Shown in pieces: positions 13,376 to 29,461 of a DNA stretch of 64,000 nt. The stretch lies in NCBI GenBank assembly GCA_965235115.1, contig OZ249436.1, forward strand, positions 27,406,001 to 27,470,000, read 5' to 3'. Position numbers and translations under genes: made by a program. Source of the stretch: Laetmonice hystrix (lineage: Eukaryota). Within the stretch, counting starts at the first letter, position 1. Every line of letters begins with the position of its first letter. The notes under the pieces were generated by a model. That model had not been told where the DNA came from. It saw only the letters and a list, made by a program, of their open reading frames with translations, and searched no databases.

Positions 13376-16300
13376 TTAGCATAGCATTAGGTATCACGCC
13401 CAACGCCACCCCCACCCCCCTGTTGTATGGTAAAGCATGACAACAGATTCTACCCACGTCTTCTGAAAGAAAACGCAATCCATACTGTATGTGGTGTTGT
13501 ATACAGGGATGTTGTTGGAAGGAGACCAAGTAAAGCCAACCCCAGTCACGGACCACGGGACGAGCCACAAGTTTGGATTGGTGTCAGTTTGGAAGTCATA
13601 GTTCTGGACTACTAGGACAACCGGGGTTGGATCAGAAACCCGAACTTTACAGTACCCTGTACCTGTTCCATGACAGAAAGTTACTCTGAGCATTGACAAC
13701 ATGCCAAGACTTGCATCGACTCATCCATTGCCGCCAACCGGCCAATACCACCACCCGACCGGCCATCTCTCTCACCTGTTAATGCCTACAACCCTACCAC
13801 CATACAGCCCCTTGATCTGTGAGCACCGGCTGAATGCCCCAGGCTGGTGTCTCCACCGCCAGGCTAGGTGGTTGACATGAATGGGACACACTAGAACGGC
13901 TTGACGTCCTCAGTCGGCCTCAGTCTTTAACAACGAATCACCAAAGGGGGGACAGGTAAGGAGGTGAGGGAGGAGGGGGTCGTGTATCACGTACCTATGT
14001 ACCATCTCCTCCCTTCTTACCATTCCCACACGCATGCTCACCAGAAGGATCAGGTACAGAGAGAAAAAATCACATGCCTCTGTCTCTCAGTGTTCTCTAC
14101 GATATACGTTACACAGGAAAATATCTCTATGGGATTGAGAAACTATTAAAGCTTTGTGACGTCGACCCGATGGGGGAATGGATCGTTTCATCGTAGGCGC
14201 CGATCGGTTGGCTTGTAATTGGAACTCGCCCATCGTGAAGTGTGTTCCCCTCCCCCGGTCCTTAGCTTTGTCGGTCTTGGCGTACTGTATGATTGCCCAG
14301 AGGGAGTCGTGGCGGCTATAAAATCTCCACATTAAAGTCAGGCGTCAGGTTGTGGGGGAGTAAAATATAAACCAGGTTATCAGCTTCACTGAGGTAACGT
14401 CGCCAGCAGCCTCCTGACGGCCACTGATGACGCTGTGAAGTGGAACATGCATTTAGAGGGTGTTAGTTGTCCGTGTGAAATTTAACACTGCAGGGGGTGG
14501 GGTGGAGAGGATGGTGGCACCTGGGTGGAGCGGAGGGGGTGGCTGGGCAAGGGGCTGGGAGGGGGGGGTCGGCTTTTTGACCACTGTGAGCTTGTAGTCA
14601 ACGGTTAGTCCTCAAAACTACCATGGCTGATATTAGATTTTGTAGAACCGAGTTGTTCCATGATAGGTATGGCTAGCAACGTGACGTCAATGTTCCCGTG
14701 ATAACAAATTCGTATGCAACCTTTAAAAATACTCTCTTTCTCTCTCATTACTGGTAGGAATTCGTGCCACATGCTCTGGTATTCGACCGAACCTCAGACA
14801 GACAACACGGTGCAGACACGCTTGACCTGAAATCTTACGTTCAGTTTTTCCTATATACATATGTATGTATATAGTAGTCGTTTCGATCACAAAAGAGAAA
14901 TCTGTTCATGCATTTTGTCACGATACTTTCAGCCTCAATTTTCCTGACGGCCTGTGATCCCTGTGGAACTAAAAAGAAGAAAAACCGACGTCTTTAAAGA
15001 GGCATGTGTAATTTCAGTGCATGTTTTCCATTGATTGCCTTTGGCAGATGCTGATATCGTCTTTCTTGAGCCGAGAAGTGAGGAGAAATGATTGATTTCC
15101 CGAGTGACTTGAGTAGAATTGGAGTTTTCAGTTATCGTGCTGACAATAAACCATTGCATGTAGTGGTGCACATAACTGTCTCCACTTGCCACATGCCGCG
15201 GTTTGTGCACGTGGTACGCAGTTTCACCCTACACATTCAGGACAAAGAGCTTCCCCTCAATAATATAATTTACACACCAGGGGGTTTGAGAGCCGGCCAG
15301 GACTGGTGGTCCCTCAGGTCCAGTGCCGGAATGGGCGGACCTTAAACTAATATGTGTAAGTCCAGGGCCAAACCCCTTTTATATTGTCGGGTTCCATTTG
15401 AGGGCGGATGGATGTCCTTTCACTAGATATGAGGCCATGTCCCACTTTGGTATGCTGTGTGAGTTGTCTTAGTTCACAGTGGCCTTCAACCCCTTCATGG
15501 GTTAGGTAGGATTTACCCGTCGATCTTCACACAGTATTTATTACATAGGAAATGAAATTTCTGGTAAAGTAGAAAGCCCAGATGAAAGCGGTTCCTTGTG
15601 GTATTGTAGTTTGTGCTGCATGTGGATAAATTATGATAATGAAACTGCAAAATTCGCAATGCCTACCGAGGCATGTTATTGGACACGTGGTGCTCCACTA
15701 ATGTTGCTATATGGTATTTCTTTCTTTTTCTTTTCTTTTGGGGGTGGGGGTGTGAGGGTGTTTCTCAGAACATATTTAATGATGTACTTTGTAGCACACG
15801 TACTCCAAAGTATCTTGGTAGGATAAGGCCACCAAGAAATGAAGAACGGTAATCTTTTCTGCAGGAAGAAGAATTATGGTGTAAACTATGTGAAAATAGC
15901 TATGCTTTAAGAAGGTGGAATAGATATATTTGTACTTCACCAACAGAGAAAAACTGCATACGGAATCTTGGAGAAGTTCCGATGGTTTCGGCCGCTAATG
16001 GATAGGGTGTGAATGAATGAACTTAGATGGCCCGTATTTACTGGTAAACCTGGCCTCTGGTATTAGCCGGGTTTGATTTGGTCGCTGTAGGTCTACTTAT
16101 AGAAACTTGTATAAAGTCATTAAGTCCGCCCCCGGCCTGCCTGGAGTTGGCCGTCGTGTAGCACCATGATGTATACATGAGTGGGTGCGATGTTCCGATG
16201 CTCGGTGTTGATAAGCCGCTCCCCGCCGGCCAGCCATTGACCAGAGCTGTTGTGTCTGCACCCCACTCGCTTTCCATTTTAAAGTGCCGTGTATTAAAAT

Positions 16301-19300
16301 GTAGCGGCTGGAAATAACATCAGACACCGTCCAGTGCACCCGACAAGATGTGCTATCAGGGTAATGGATAGAATGGCGGGGAGCCTGGCGGGGGGTACGG
16401 GGGGGAGTCTAGGAGGGGGGAGCGGGGAGTCTATTAAAGGTGGGACACCGACGGGTAGAGAGGGGTCGGATACCAACGACAGGCCGTCAGCGGGGAAGGA
16501 AGAACCGATGACGGGTCAGTGAGTGCCTTCAGCCGGGGTGATAGAGGAAAGACACCCACCAGTTCACTCTACTACCCCCGGTCCACTCAGTACCCTGGGG
16601 CTGACTGACGGACCCCTGCGGGGTGCCGTCCCCCTGGCAGTCTATAGCGTAGGAATAACAATTCCGCGACCAGCGCAAGTTTCTTCCACACCGGCCGGTC
16701 GGCTACCATTGTGCCTGGGATAGGGAGGGGGGCTGCAAACCCGACTCCACACTGACTGGTTACCATCGAGTGTTTGGTACCGAGTTCATTGACCATTGAG
16801 GCTGGAGCAGTTGGTTGCCAGGGACAACCAGAGTGGAAGATCTATGTTGACATCAGTGTCGAATCCCGGTGGTTGTGAATATCCCGAGAGAAGATGAGAT
16901 ACTCGGCGAATAGTCGCTCCTGTCTGTCGTACTAACAGACTACGCCAGTTTGAAAGCGAGTAGGCGGTATGCCTCATCAGTTCCATTCAGTTGTTTTTTT
17001 TTAAACTCACGTGGGGGCTTGCGCCGCGGGGCTAGATTTACATTTGATTTGGTCATTGCATAAGTGATCTTTTCATCAATTCACTGCGTCTGTTTTCTGC
17101 ACCAGGATACAGACACGATGTCGTTTATCCTCGAGTGCGTCCTCTGGTTCAGTGGGCTGTGTGGACACTAGAAAATGTTTGCCCTGAATGACAATAGCCG
17201 ACTTGGCGCAGATCTTGGCGGAGGTGAATACAGTGTGCCTGGTGGTCTGTGCGCTCGGCCGGCCCGGGGGTAAAGTGATATATGGAGCATGGATAGCATT
17301 GCACCGTTTTGTTTGTATGTTGACATATACATTCCCTAACACAAAACACTATGTATGTATAAACAGGGCTGCGGTTACAAGGCCAACATTGTTATGGGTG
17401 ACAAGTGGCAGCCAGTAAGAACCAGTCGACCTTCATATACATACCCGCAACACCTCCCTAACCCTCCCCTCCCTTCATCCCCCCGCCATTCCCAAACTCA
17501 TCCCCTCTCCACCTTATCGTCCCATTGCAGTCCTCTCTAAAGGTGTGAATTGTGAAGGAGCCTCTCACGGCCAACTGGGCATGTGGTATACCCCCCACCC
17601 CAATCCCACCGGGTGAACTCATTAGTTTAGGGGCGGTACCTAACTCATTCATGTCCGTACCACCCCACCACCCTCTCCTCCCTTCACAGTGTCAGTACCC
17701 GGGATCCCGACCCCACCACCCAGCTATGCCTTCAGACAAACCAACCTAACGCCATAACGTACTCAACCCATGTGTTCGCACACCTTGACACAGCGCACAG
17801 CCTTCACTAGGTATTTCACTCAGCATTTCAAACCCCACTAATTGCCTGGAAGGTAGAAATTTATTACCTGACATTTAAAATGATGCACTTAGGGTTGGAA
17901 AGGAAGGGGGAAAAAGGGAGGTTTCACAACACCTGGCATAGGCCGCACCCTGTATTAGGTGAGGTAGCTTGTATTACCTGTTCTTTGTACCTGTAGTGGA
18001 GAAAGAGCAGCTGAGTAAATCGTTTAGAGTTGAGAAACCACAAGAATTTGGTTTACCGGTTATTTCACAAAGGTGAGTAACACAAAACACAACTATTTGC
18101 CTTTTATAACCGGTTTCCTATATTTTGTTTCGGCGAAGCAATACCTCATTCGGTTCGTGTAATCTTGAGGCGATGCATAAAAAATTCACTACTTAATTTG
18201 TTGCCAGAGAAGTGCAATAATTGTAACTGCAGTCAGACGCCATTAAGCTTTTTCTTATGGTAATTCTGATTTTTTCCTCAGGACATTTGTATTAGGAAAT
18301 CTTTTGCAAATAATTTACCTAAGTCAAAATGACGAACAGCTTAAACACCTCAGGAAATCGTCGTACCTGATTTTATTTTGCATACTTTTCATTTCTTATA
18401 ACTGCGGCCCTGTTCAGTGTATAGGTTACGGTTGGTCGCCCGACTCCAAGCCAGCTGAAAGCACAAAGCGAAAATCAACGGCCAAATTTTGACGTTGTAT
18501 TTAAGTTTTATGATTAGCCGTAGTAGGCAAAGAGTGGAATATACATGTATTATGTTATTCTTTCGTTGTGTTATGTTATCGTGCAGAGAATTTAGAGACC
18601 GCTTTGATGTTATAATGTCAACCAGGAGCCAACCCTAACCCGTACATATTGAAAATCAACAAGGCGGTCGGTCCAGGGGGCATGAAACAACTGATCGTAT
18701 AGCGGTCACATCATAAATTCTATACGCCAGGAAGCGGGCAGGTGAGCGGTCTGCGGGGGGTCTGACGTCATTTCTGACGGTCGGTGATTGCTTCAGGTGT
18801 CAGAGCAGGTGTAACCGAGTCTCGGTAAGGTTACACGGGGGTGGGGGTGTAACAGTTTAATTATAGGGCAGAGGGTGTCAATTGATACGGATGATATGAG
18901 GTGGTAATTTTGATGCAGGTACACTATTGGGATCTGTCATCAGTACGGGTAGTTACTGCAATACTTGATGGGTATAAAGATATTAAAATGACGTTAGAAA
19001 TGTTTAGACGTTTAAAAAGGAAAGAGGTGTTTGCAAGATAGAAGAAAGAACTGATATAAGTTGGACTGTAACTTCAGGAGGTGTGTAGTTAGATATAAGG
19101 CAGGGCTGTTGAGTGGTTGTCGGAGGTCAACAGTCATCATCCCGTGCATTCGTTGTGTGTGTGTCGTATCCCTTAATAATATAAGTCACGCTATAGTCAT
19201 GATGAACCAGACATAGGTCCGGAGAACATTGAGTACATGGTGGCCCGGTATATGCGTCAGTAGGGAATCATTGGACGGGGTGGGGGTGGGGGGTTGGTAC

Positions 19301-19540
19301 CCCCCTCCCCGGCCCCTGTCTGCTGACAGGATGGTCAGGAGATAGCAGAGACCAGGTAGGATGACACCGAGTAGATGTTCTCTTATTACCTCGATTCCCC
19401 TCTCTCATCGACCACTACACCTGCCACCTTCCATCTAATCACCATCCCCTCGACCACCGCTGTCCGACCACGGACATACCGAGTGAAAAACGAGACCAAA
19501 ATACCAACTCATCCCCTCGGAGACTTCTAGACGGAGCTTG

Positions 19541-19945
19541 ATTGGTCCGCCTCCCATTGCCTTCATTGGTCTGGTGGTTAGGCCGTCTCCAGTTTGTCTG
19601 GAGGGCAGACGTGGGGCTGGCACTGACTAAACAAGTCCGTCCAGCCCTCACCCCCCACCCCACCACCGTCCAACCTTCAAATGGACATAGCCGGCCGGGC
19701 CACCGTCCCCATAGACTACTCATTGGCTGGGATTAGTATGCGAGTCTGGGGCCTGACCCGATGCTGAAACCACCGCGCGCAAATTGGCACCAGAGAGAGG
19801 GCGCAGGGTGGCGCACACTGGATTGCATCAGTATCTGAAACTGCCAGGTTGCTGTCTTATTCCAATTACCGGGCCAATACCCCGGGTTAGATGGGGGACT
19901 CGGGCAAAGGGGGCGGGGTGATGGGGCGGAAACGGGGCGGGGCAG
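19541..19945. promoter_or_regulatory. Possible CCAAT/GC-box promoter or enhancer cluster
   Basis: Six CCAAT/ATTGG (19541, 19565, 19722, 19783, 19862, 19874) and three GGGCGG (~19910-19942) in ~400 bp. Motif evidence only. Confidence 0.3.
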
Positions 19946-22900
19946 CAGACACTGGCCAGGCAGGTGTTCGACGGTGAATTACACAGAAGATGCATTCATG
20001 CCACTGGTAGCCAGCAAAAAAATGTAGCTCTTGACGGGCAAGTTGTATGATTAGAAAGGTCAGCTCAATAAAGGGAAAGGATGCAGTCACTTTGCCTACA
20101 GCCCCCATGATTGAATGTGTCAGACTGTTTTCTATGTATGCTTGCCAGTGGTATTGATTGCTAGTCCACTATTCAACATTCCACGTGCTCCTCAAAGACG
20201 GATTGCCATTTCTTGTCATCGAAGATGGATTTTTTGTTAAATGAAAAAAACGGTTATTTTCCTTTTGAATAAAATATCTTGGGTGTGAATGTAATTAAGA
20301 TGAGAGGAAGGGTGATTCATGTAAAGTGATTGGCCTGCTGGCGGACTCGTTTAACACAATGAGGAGCCGTAGTTTGGACTGGTGTTTATCAGTGTAGAGA
20401 TTAGGGTCGGGGTAATCTCCACAGTGTACTTGGCCGTCTGACCAGAATCAAAAACCAATATTTGACTGTCACATTGCGTTGCCGGCCTCCGTCACTTTGA
20501 GCAGTTGTGAGCAAGGCCGGGTAGATGTTCGTTGGAGAGAGGAGGCGGCCAAAAGATAGGAGATGCTTCGGAAATTAGATTGGGAGAGGAAGGCTCGTCT
20601 GGCTACACCGGAAGATGGCTGCGTTTGTTGAGTGTCAGGGGCGGGTAGACTGTCATTGGAAGGGAGACGGCAGGGACACGGCCGCAGGTGGGAGGTAAAA
20701 ATGTCGCTTCTTCGTATGAGAAAATCACTCGGGGGAAAAATGTCGCCATCTACACAACGGAGACAAAAACACTGATTTCATACTGCTTGCTGCAAAACAC
20801 AGAGTGTCTTACGGTAATATTTGGGATGTGAACAGTCGGCTATAGGCGGCATAAACGTAGCAATTTCCGTTTCCAATGAAAGGGCTCAATGACACTACAT
20901 GTACACGTATAACTAGGAGTTGTCACCTGTTGTTTTAACCTAAATCCAGGCAGATAATTGAATAAAATGTGATCCTTACAGTCAAAGCGAAAAGAAGAAA
21001 AATAATAATAAAATGCCAACGGGGCACGAGACGGAAATTCTAATTTCTACCTGGAAATGTGGGTCTAGCCATGGCGTGATTACAAGGCAGTGCCCGTAAA
21101 AGGTTTCCGACACGGCTGCCAGGCACTGTCTGCGGCAGTATGATTAATGCGATGGCAAGCCTCGAGATGATATAAGTTCTTGGAAGCAATCCATGCCAGT
21201 CGTATATTACAGGCGCTTGTAGTCAGTTGGCCATGCAGACAAAAATAAACCCTGAGTGACGCAGCCAGACTGATTTTAGCGGACGATGGTATAAGGGAAC
21301 ATTTCTGGGCCGGATTATTGCTGCAGTGGCAGGAAGACAGCTATAGGAAGCGGCGAGCGATCAATATCTTTGAAGTATCTTCATTTGATGCGCTCTAAGC
21401 TGAGGCTGATGCGGCCGGTATAGAGCTACTTGCCAGATGATGACGACCATCAAGTCGATTGATTGCTGACCACGGGGACGACCCAGCATATATTCGCTCG
21501 GTCACTGAGCGGTGTCCGGTGGGGGTGGAGTGGGGGGTGGGGTGGGGGTAGTCCGGGAGGGGGAGGGGCGGGGGGAGCGGCCAGCCACGGCCACTGGCAG
21601 CCATTGGTGACACCTCGGCCGACCACAGATACCAGCCGACAACACGAGGATATGTCGCGCCACCATTAACGGAATATCCGCTCTTTGATGACACGTGTCT
21701 GACGACCGACACCAGCTTTGTCTCGGCTCACAGGGTAGTTAGCTCATCGATCAATAATATCCGGCGTTCTTTTCAAAGCCTTCTCTGACCCTCGGCCTCT
21801 CAGGTAACATATTCAGGTGACATCATTATTATAAAAAGAAAAAATTACTAGATTGCTTTCTCTTCTTATTTGTGTGGTTTGTTCCGTTTTTCTCAATACC
21901 AGTAGTATGGATGCATGTCCATCTATACTACTTATACCTGTAGTATAACTTATACCTGTAGTATACCTGGATTATAATATAGAAAAAAACAATCCTGATC
22001 TAATATATCTGGCGCTATAATCCGTCTGATGTTAGAGATGAGGGCCACTGTGTAGGCCCACGGACTGTATTATGTAAGCGGGCAACAAGAGGGGTTTCTT
22101 ACAGCCTGTTTATTTTACTTCCCCCATTCTCATTTCCTGGGACGGGCGGAACAACAATTGGGTCAAAGGGGCCAGATTTTTAGATTCCCCTTCTTACTCG
22201 CTCGAGTGAAGATGCTGAAAAGTAACTGATTTTAAGAAACGCTGGTATGATTGCCACACTTTAAGGAAATCCCTCTCAAAATTCTGGGTGATAGAAGTGG
22301 TTCACTTCTGTATGGATCACAAAATGTTGCTATGTGAAGTTGAGCAGCCACCTCTCTCTGCATTATCGCTTTACTTCATCAACAACGAAACAGGTGCATA
22401 TATATGATGAGTATTCTGTTACTCGCCTAATCCTTTGTGCTCCCATCGACCGTCAAGATGAGTGTAACGTATCGTGGTACACAGAAAAAGGGGGCTAGAG
22501 GCGTGCTAGGTTGGGAATCATCGCAAGATAAAGAGCTAGCTCCTACAAATTTATAGCAGGCACGAAGCAGCACTTTAATGCGGGGCCGTGTGAGATGGAT
22601 TACCTCTGAATGATGAGGGTCACGTTTCCTGAAACTAATCACCACACACACGTTTCATGAAAGCAATCATCACCGCCTTGCAAGCCGCACCTTTCCGCCT
22701 GTGATTTATTTATCTATACTAACTGAACTCGCGCTGGGATATATGGGTCGAGGTGCTGGTATCAACAGTCAAGGTGGGCTCAGTCTGTCATCGCACGCAC
22801 ACGTGTGCAGGTGAGGTTGATCAGAAAGAGATGTGGCATTGCCCCCCCCCTCCCTTCCTTCATCTTGATGCTGATGCTGGTGGTAGGTCGGTACTGTGAT

Positions 22901-23216
22901 CTGTGCAAGATGACGACCCCCAGGCGTGGCCTTGCGGCCCTAGGGCACCTGCTGAGATCTGGCAACACTTTCAGATTAAGCCACCTCCGCTGCTGCTGTA
23001 ACCCATCTGGGGAGCACTGCCCCGCACCCGATGGCCCCACTGGCCGCAGGTCGCCCTCCTACCCCCAACCCAGACTACGACCCGCCCTGCCCTGCCCTTC
23101 GATCTCTCCCATCTTCCGGCCTGCACCCGCGTACGTTAGGCTCTCCAGGCTTTGGGATTGATATGCTCCCCACGCCTGGTCGAGGTTGGCACAGAATCCA
23201 TCGATTTACTGCCTTA

Positions 23217-24035
23217 CTGCCCCTAGCCAGGCTGACTAGATCTACACCACGGGACCGTACTGAATGTACCCCCCCCCCGTCCTGCCCCTAGCCAGGCTGA
23301 CTAGATCTACACCACGGGACCGTACTGAATGTACCCACCCGTCCTGCCCCTAGCCAGGCTGACTAGATCTACACCACGGGACCGTACTGAATGTACCCAC
23401 CCGTCCTGCCCCAAGCCAGGCTGACTAGATCTACACCACGGGACCGTACTGAATGTACCCACCCGTCCTGCCCCTAGCCAGGCTAACTAGATCTACACCA
23501 CGGGACCGTACTGAATGTACCCCCCCCCCCCCCGTCCTGCCCCTAGCCAGACTAACTAGATCTACACCACGGGACCGTACTGAATGTACCCACCCGTCCT
23601 GCCCCTAGCCAGGCTGACTAGATCTACACCACGGGACCGTACTGAATGTACCCACCCGTCCTGCCCCTAGCCAGGCTGACTAGATCTACACCACGGGACC
23701 GTATTGAATGTACCCACCCGTCCTGCCCCTAGCCAGGCTGACTAGATCTACACCACGGGACCGTACTGAATGTACCCACCCGTCCTGCCCCTAGCCAGGC
23801 TGACTAGATCTACACCACGGGACCGTACTGAATGTACCCACCCGTCCTGCCCCTAGCCAGGCTGACTAGATCTACACCACGGGACCGTACTGAATGTACC
23901 CACCCGTCCTGCCCCTAGCCAGGCTGACTAGATCTACACCACGGGACCGTACTGAATGTACCCACCCGTCCTGCCCCTAGCCAGGCTGACTAGATCTACA
24001 CCACGGGACCGTACTGAATGTACCCACCCGTCCTG
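23217..24035. repeat. Minisatellite, ~62-bp unit x ~13
   Basis: Unit gcccctagccaggctgactagatctacaccacgggaccgtactgaatgtacccacccgtcct. In some copies cccaccc is replaced by a longer poly-C. Confidence 0.96.
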
Positions 24036-26389
24036 TCCATACCCAGCCGCTGGGAGGGCAACACGAGACGGGGCTCAGAGAGGTACAGACAGTTGGGTTT
24101 CGTGCAGTTAGATGTTTAAATTTGATTTCAACTGTTGACACCAGGCAGCAGAACGGGAATGGGGTATGGGTGTGGGTGTGAGTGAGTGGCTGGGGATGAA
24201 TACAAAGGCTGAGTGTGTTCAGTGGGAGACCAGTTTGTTCTACAGTCGGGCTCCTCAAAGCCTAACATCCCTTGGCTTAGGCTGCCTGTGTAATGCAGTG
24301 TGTAGGGGGTCTGTGGGGGGCAAGATACAGTCTTGATCTCCTGCTGCCCACCAACCTCCCTGATAGCAGCAGCAGCAGCAGCAGCAGCCCGGCGGTGATG
24401 GATCTCGTTGACCGTAAGCTGACACGGGCAGAGGTCGGAGAAACGCTCCGCCAGGGCCAGTGCCAAAAAACGCCCGAAATTAACAGCACTTTCTGATTGC
24501 GATTTCATGTCGGCTGCAATTTTAATGGCCGCCAGTGTTGTTTGGGATGCGGACAAGCATGGGATCGATGTGTCAAGATGTGGCGGCGTGAGGGTCTGGT
24601 GATGAGGCCTAATCAGGCAGGCAGGCGGCGGGGTGGGGGTGGGGGGACCGGGGTAATGACTGCCACATACAGGCAGCAGCAGCTGCTGGTCTTGCACGGA
24701 GCGGAAAGCAAACCTTTAAGCCCTAAGGGCAAACAAGCAGTCACACATCGCCGAGTATTCTTCACAGAAGTTGTCATTTAAACCAGCAATACATTTCTTT
24801 GAGGGGCCAGGGGGAGGTCTGTCGGTGGACTCTAGCCGTGTATAACATCAGACACCTTTTATCCTTGCCATTCCAAACGTCCTCATCCAATACATTTATT
24901 TATTAATGCATTTCTTTCGTTATTTATTCATTCTCTCATTTCCACAACAATATAATTACTGCCCGTGCTCTTCAGCGTTATTTCTAATCAATTACGTTTT
25001 GTTCTGAGTGTATTCTAATTGGAACAGAGGATAAAAGGCATCGTTCATGTAGGCCGTAAAAAAGGCAGCACAGCCTGATAAGATTCGGAGATCGATCTTT
25101 TGGGGCGGGTCTAAATGAAGCCATAAAAGATTGCACAGCAAGGGTTGATTGCAGCAGTTTCCTGTCGACAATGGGAAGTGCGCCAGGCACATAGCATCCT
25201 TCACCGGCGTATAAATTGCCGGTGGAGTTACCGACAACGGTATATTGTAGTGGCGGTGATAGAGTAACATGACAAGGGTAGTATTCTTTACCTCATACTG
25301 AATGAGAACTGAAACGTTTCATCTTCATCGTTTTGATCAGGCCGCTGTGTGAGAGGGAGGAGGAGGGCTGGCACTGACAGCGGCAGGGACAGGCAAGTGT
25401 AGGTTCTTGTCGCAATGTGAACGCTGCCAACCTCAGCCATTAGTCGTCATGCCATATCAGAGGACGCTATCGATCGTCGGGAGGGGGGCGGCTGGGTGGT
25501 GGTGGTGGTGGTGGCGGTGGGGGGGGGGGGTTGTAAAGTAAACAATTGCCAGGAAAGCTGTTTAATGTGGACCATTAGCCAGCAGTGGAATAAGAGGCGG
25601 ATGGAGCGGGGAAATGGCTCAGCCACTTCCATCAGCGATACTTTGCCACTCGGTACAGCTGATGCTCCTCTGACGAACAGCTGCTTGGCCACTCCCTACG
25701 TTAGGGTATACAAGCGGCACGACCCGCTCAAATAAAGTCATATGGCTTTTTGTACCATTTCATGTCTCTCCAGAGGTTGTCAGCCGAGGCATGGCCTTTC
25801 GGATAGAATCCAAACTTACATTTTCAGTAATTTTATTTATTCTGATGGTGTCTACATAGAGGCTTATGTTCTGTAGGATTATATACGCAGCTTTTCAAAG
25901 CAGCTTTTCAAAGCCAATCATGAAAATTCCGAAGATTATGAAATGTTCTTAAGACGTTAATCTCCAAAGTCCTGGCTGATGGAATGGTATTAAATGGGTT
26001 ATGGAAAACGAAACCATGGGCTTTAACTACAATTAAACATGTCATTTCCCACAAAATACGATATTGCCTGGATTGACATTTCGCCGTATGAGTAGACACA
26101 GTAGAAATTTGTCGCGTCAATGTTGAAGACGTTTCTAACACTCCTGTCTCCATAGTCTATGTTTGTTTAAGAGGAGAGTGACAAAGAACCTCTCCATATT
26201 CTGTGTGTGTTAAGCAAAGAGTGTGGAAGAAAATATAGCGGCGAATCGTGCCGATATTCACGTTTTAAGGAGGTCTATATAGTTTACATGGGGCGGTGTG
26301 CTGTGAAGCCTCCTGACCTTACTGTGGCAAGGAAAGCTGATCATACCGTATTTATAGGATTACCTTGCATCTTGGTGGTGGTGGGCAGG

Positions 26390-26390
<1 letters not shown>

Positions 26391-26428
<38 letters not shown>
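26391..26428. repeat. (CAG)n microsatellite, ~12 units
   Basis: cagcagcag… run. A shorter run lies at ~24365-24388. Confidence 0.9.
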
Positions 26429-26430
<2 letters not shown>

Positions 26431-28154
26431 CAGGTGGTTTATGATGGACCTATTATTAGCTATCCACGTATCCACCGCCAAGACCGGCCGAGACCATTAC
26501 GTGCGCGATAGGTCCTAATTGCGTGTTCAGTCTAACATAATGGTTTCTATTAAAGCCCCTTCCATCGTTCTTGATCAGAAAACCTGATGTTAATTTATGG
26601 ACGGCGTGTGTGGTGACGGAAATACAGGTGCGCTGTCGGGTGAGCTCTAGTGCAGTCTCGCGTTTCCCAGATTCACACATTGTTTGAGAAGGAGAAAAAA
26701 GGAAATACGCTGTTAAGGAAAAGAACACGTTTCTTTAAGAAATAAAAAGATGGAATTATGACAGCGGTTTTTGTCAGACAAGAGGATGCGTGTTTTGTAT
26801 CTTTATAGAGAAAAAGAAACTTCAGTTCGCATTCTCTTTCTTAGACATTACCCTGAGTGACAATGCGAATTAAGATTGAGACCTAATAATATGTACACGT
26901 GTACAGTCACTGCGCCAATGGCATTATGGAAGTAGTTTTTTAAGGATGGCCAGGGTTGTGAAAATGTCAGATTTATTCACATTCTGATGTGAATCTAGAA
27001 TACGTTATCCGGACATGCAAGTAATGATAATGTGCTGGTAATGATGAGCCTTCGCCATCTGACGCAATCGACAACCTCATCTTGACAACATTACTAATAC
27101 GGACACGATAATCTTTCACGCTGTAATTAGTTTTTTTTTACGTTCCTTCCACACCTAGTCGGCCCGATTGTCTGCTAGCAGTCGGTCTATCCGAATATTG
27201 AGCTTCATGCAGCACAGATCTTTTTATATTAAAAAAAAAGATTTTGTTCTATGACGTAAGATTCGTGTTCTCACTGTCTCTGTCTCTATCTGTTTGTCTG
27301 TCTGTCTCTTTGTCTCGCTCTCTGTCTCTGTCCATCATTTTTTGAATTTATGTTTTTCTGTCTCATGTTATGGAATGTTTTTTATTGACTAACGTCGTCG
27401 GTCCGTGCCATGTACATGTGCAGTCAATACATTAGGAAGTACAAGTAAAACGGATGTAGAATTATTCTGTAGGACGGTTCGGGTTAAAAGTGCATTTCAC
27501 ACACAAAAAAAACATGACATTATTTGGTATAAAGAAGAGATGACCTCACATTATAGCGTCCTGTGAACTATTCCCATTCTGCGCGGAGTAAAACAATCAG
27601 TCACCCTAAAGGTTGTTCTAGTTTGATACACACAATCGTGAATGTACATTAAATTTACACTCAAGTGGGCATGGCCTATGGAAGGCAGAGCCTCCAAAGC
27701 ATATTTTTGTTAAATTCAAATTGCTCATACAATATGATTATTCGATTCTACGCTCGCCATTTAAAATTTTGATGAAGTATGTTAGCATGAGAGTGGGAGA
27801 TGTAATTAGACGTACGTATCTTTGACATTTTCGCACGAAATGTAAAAGTATCACAGATGTGCAGCATGTTACTTGCTCGGTTACAATCGTCACCACATAA
27901 TACCATTACCACGGGCCGAGGGTGGGGTGAATTACCCTGACTGGGGGTTGCCTGTACACCCGCCGCACTCGACAACCCTGCCTACATCATCACCCTCTCT
28001 CATCAACCCCTCCCTGACCGTGGTGATCTAAATCTTTGAACTTTTGAATCATTCTTTGCGTGGGCCAGCCGCTGCCAAGCTGTGGATGGTGGTGATGATG
28101 GAAGTGATGGGGACAGCCGGCTAGCCTCGCCATCTTCTGTCTGCTTCCATGCTT

Positions 28155-29461
<1,307 letters not shown>

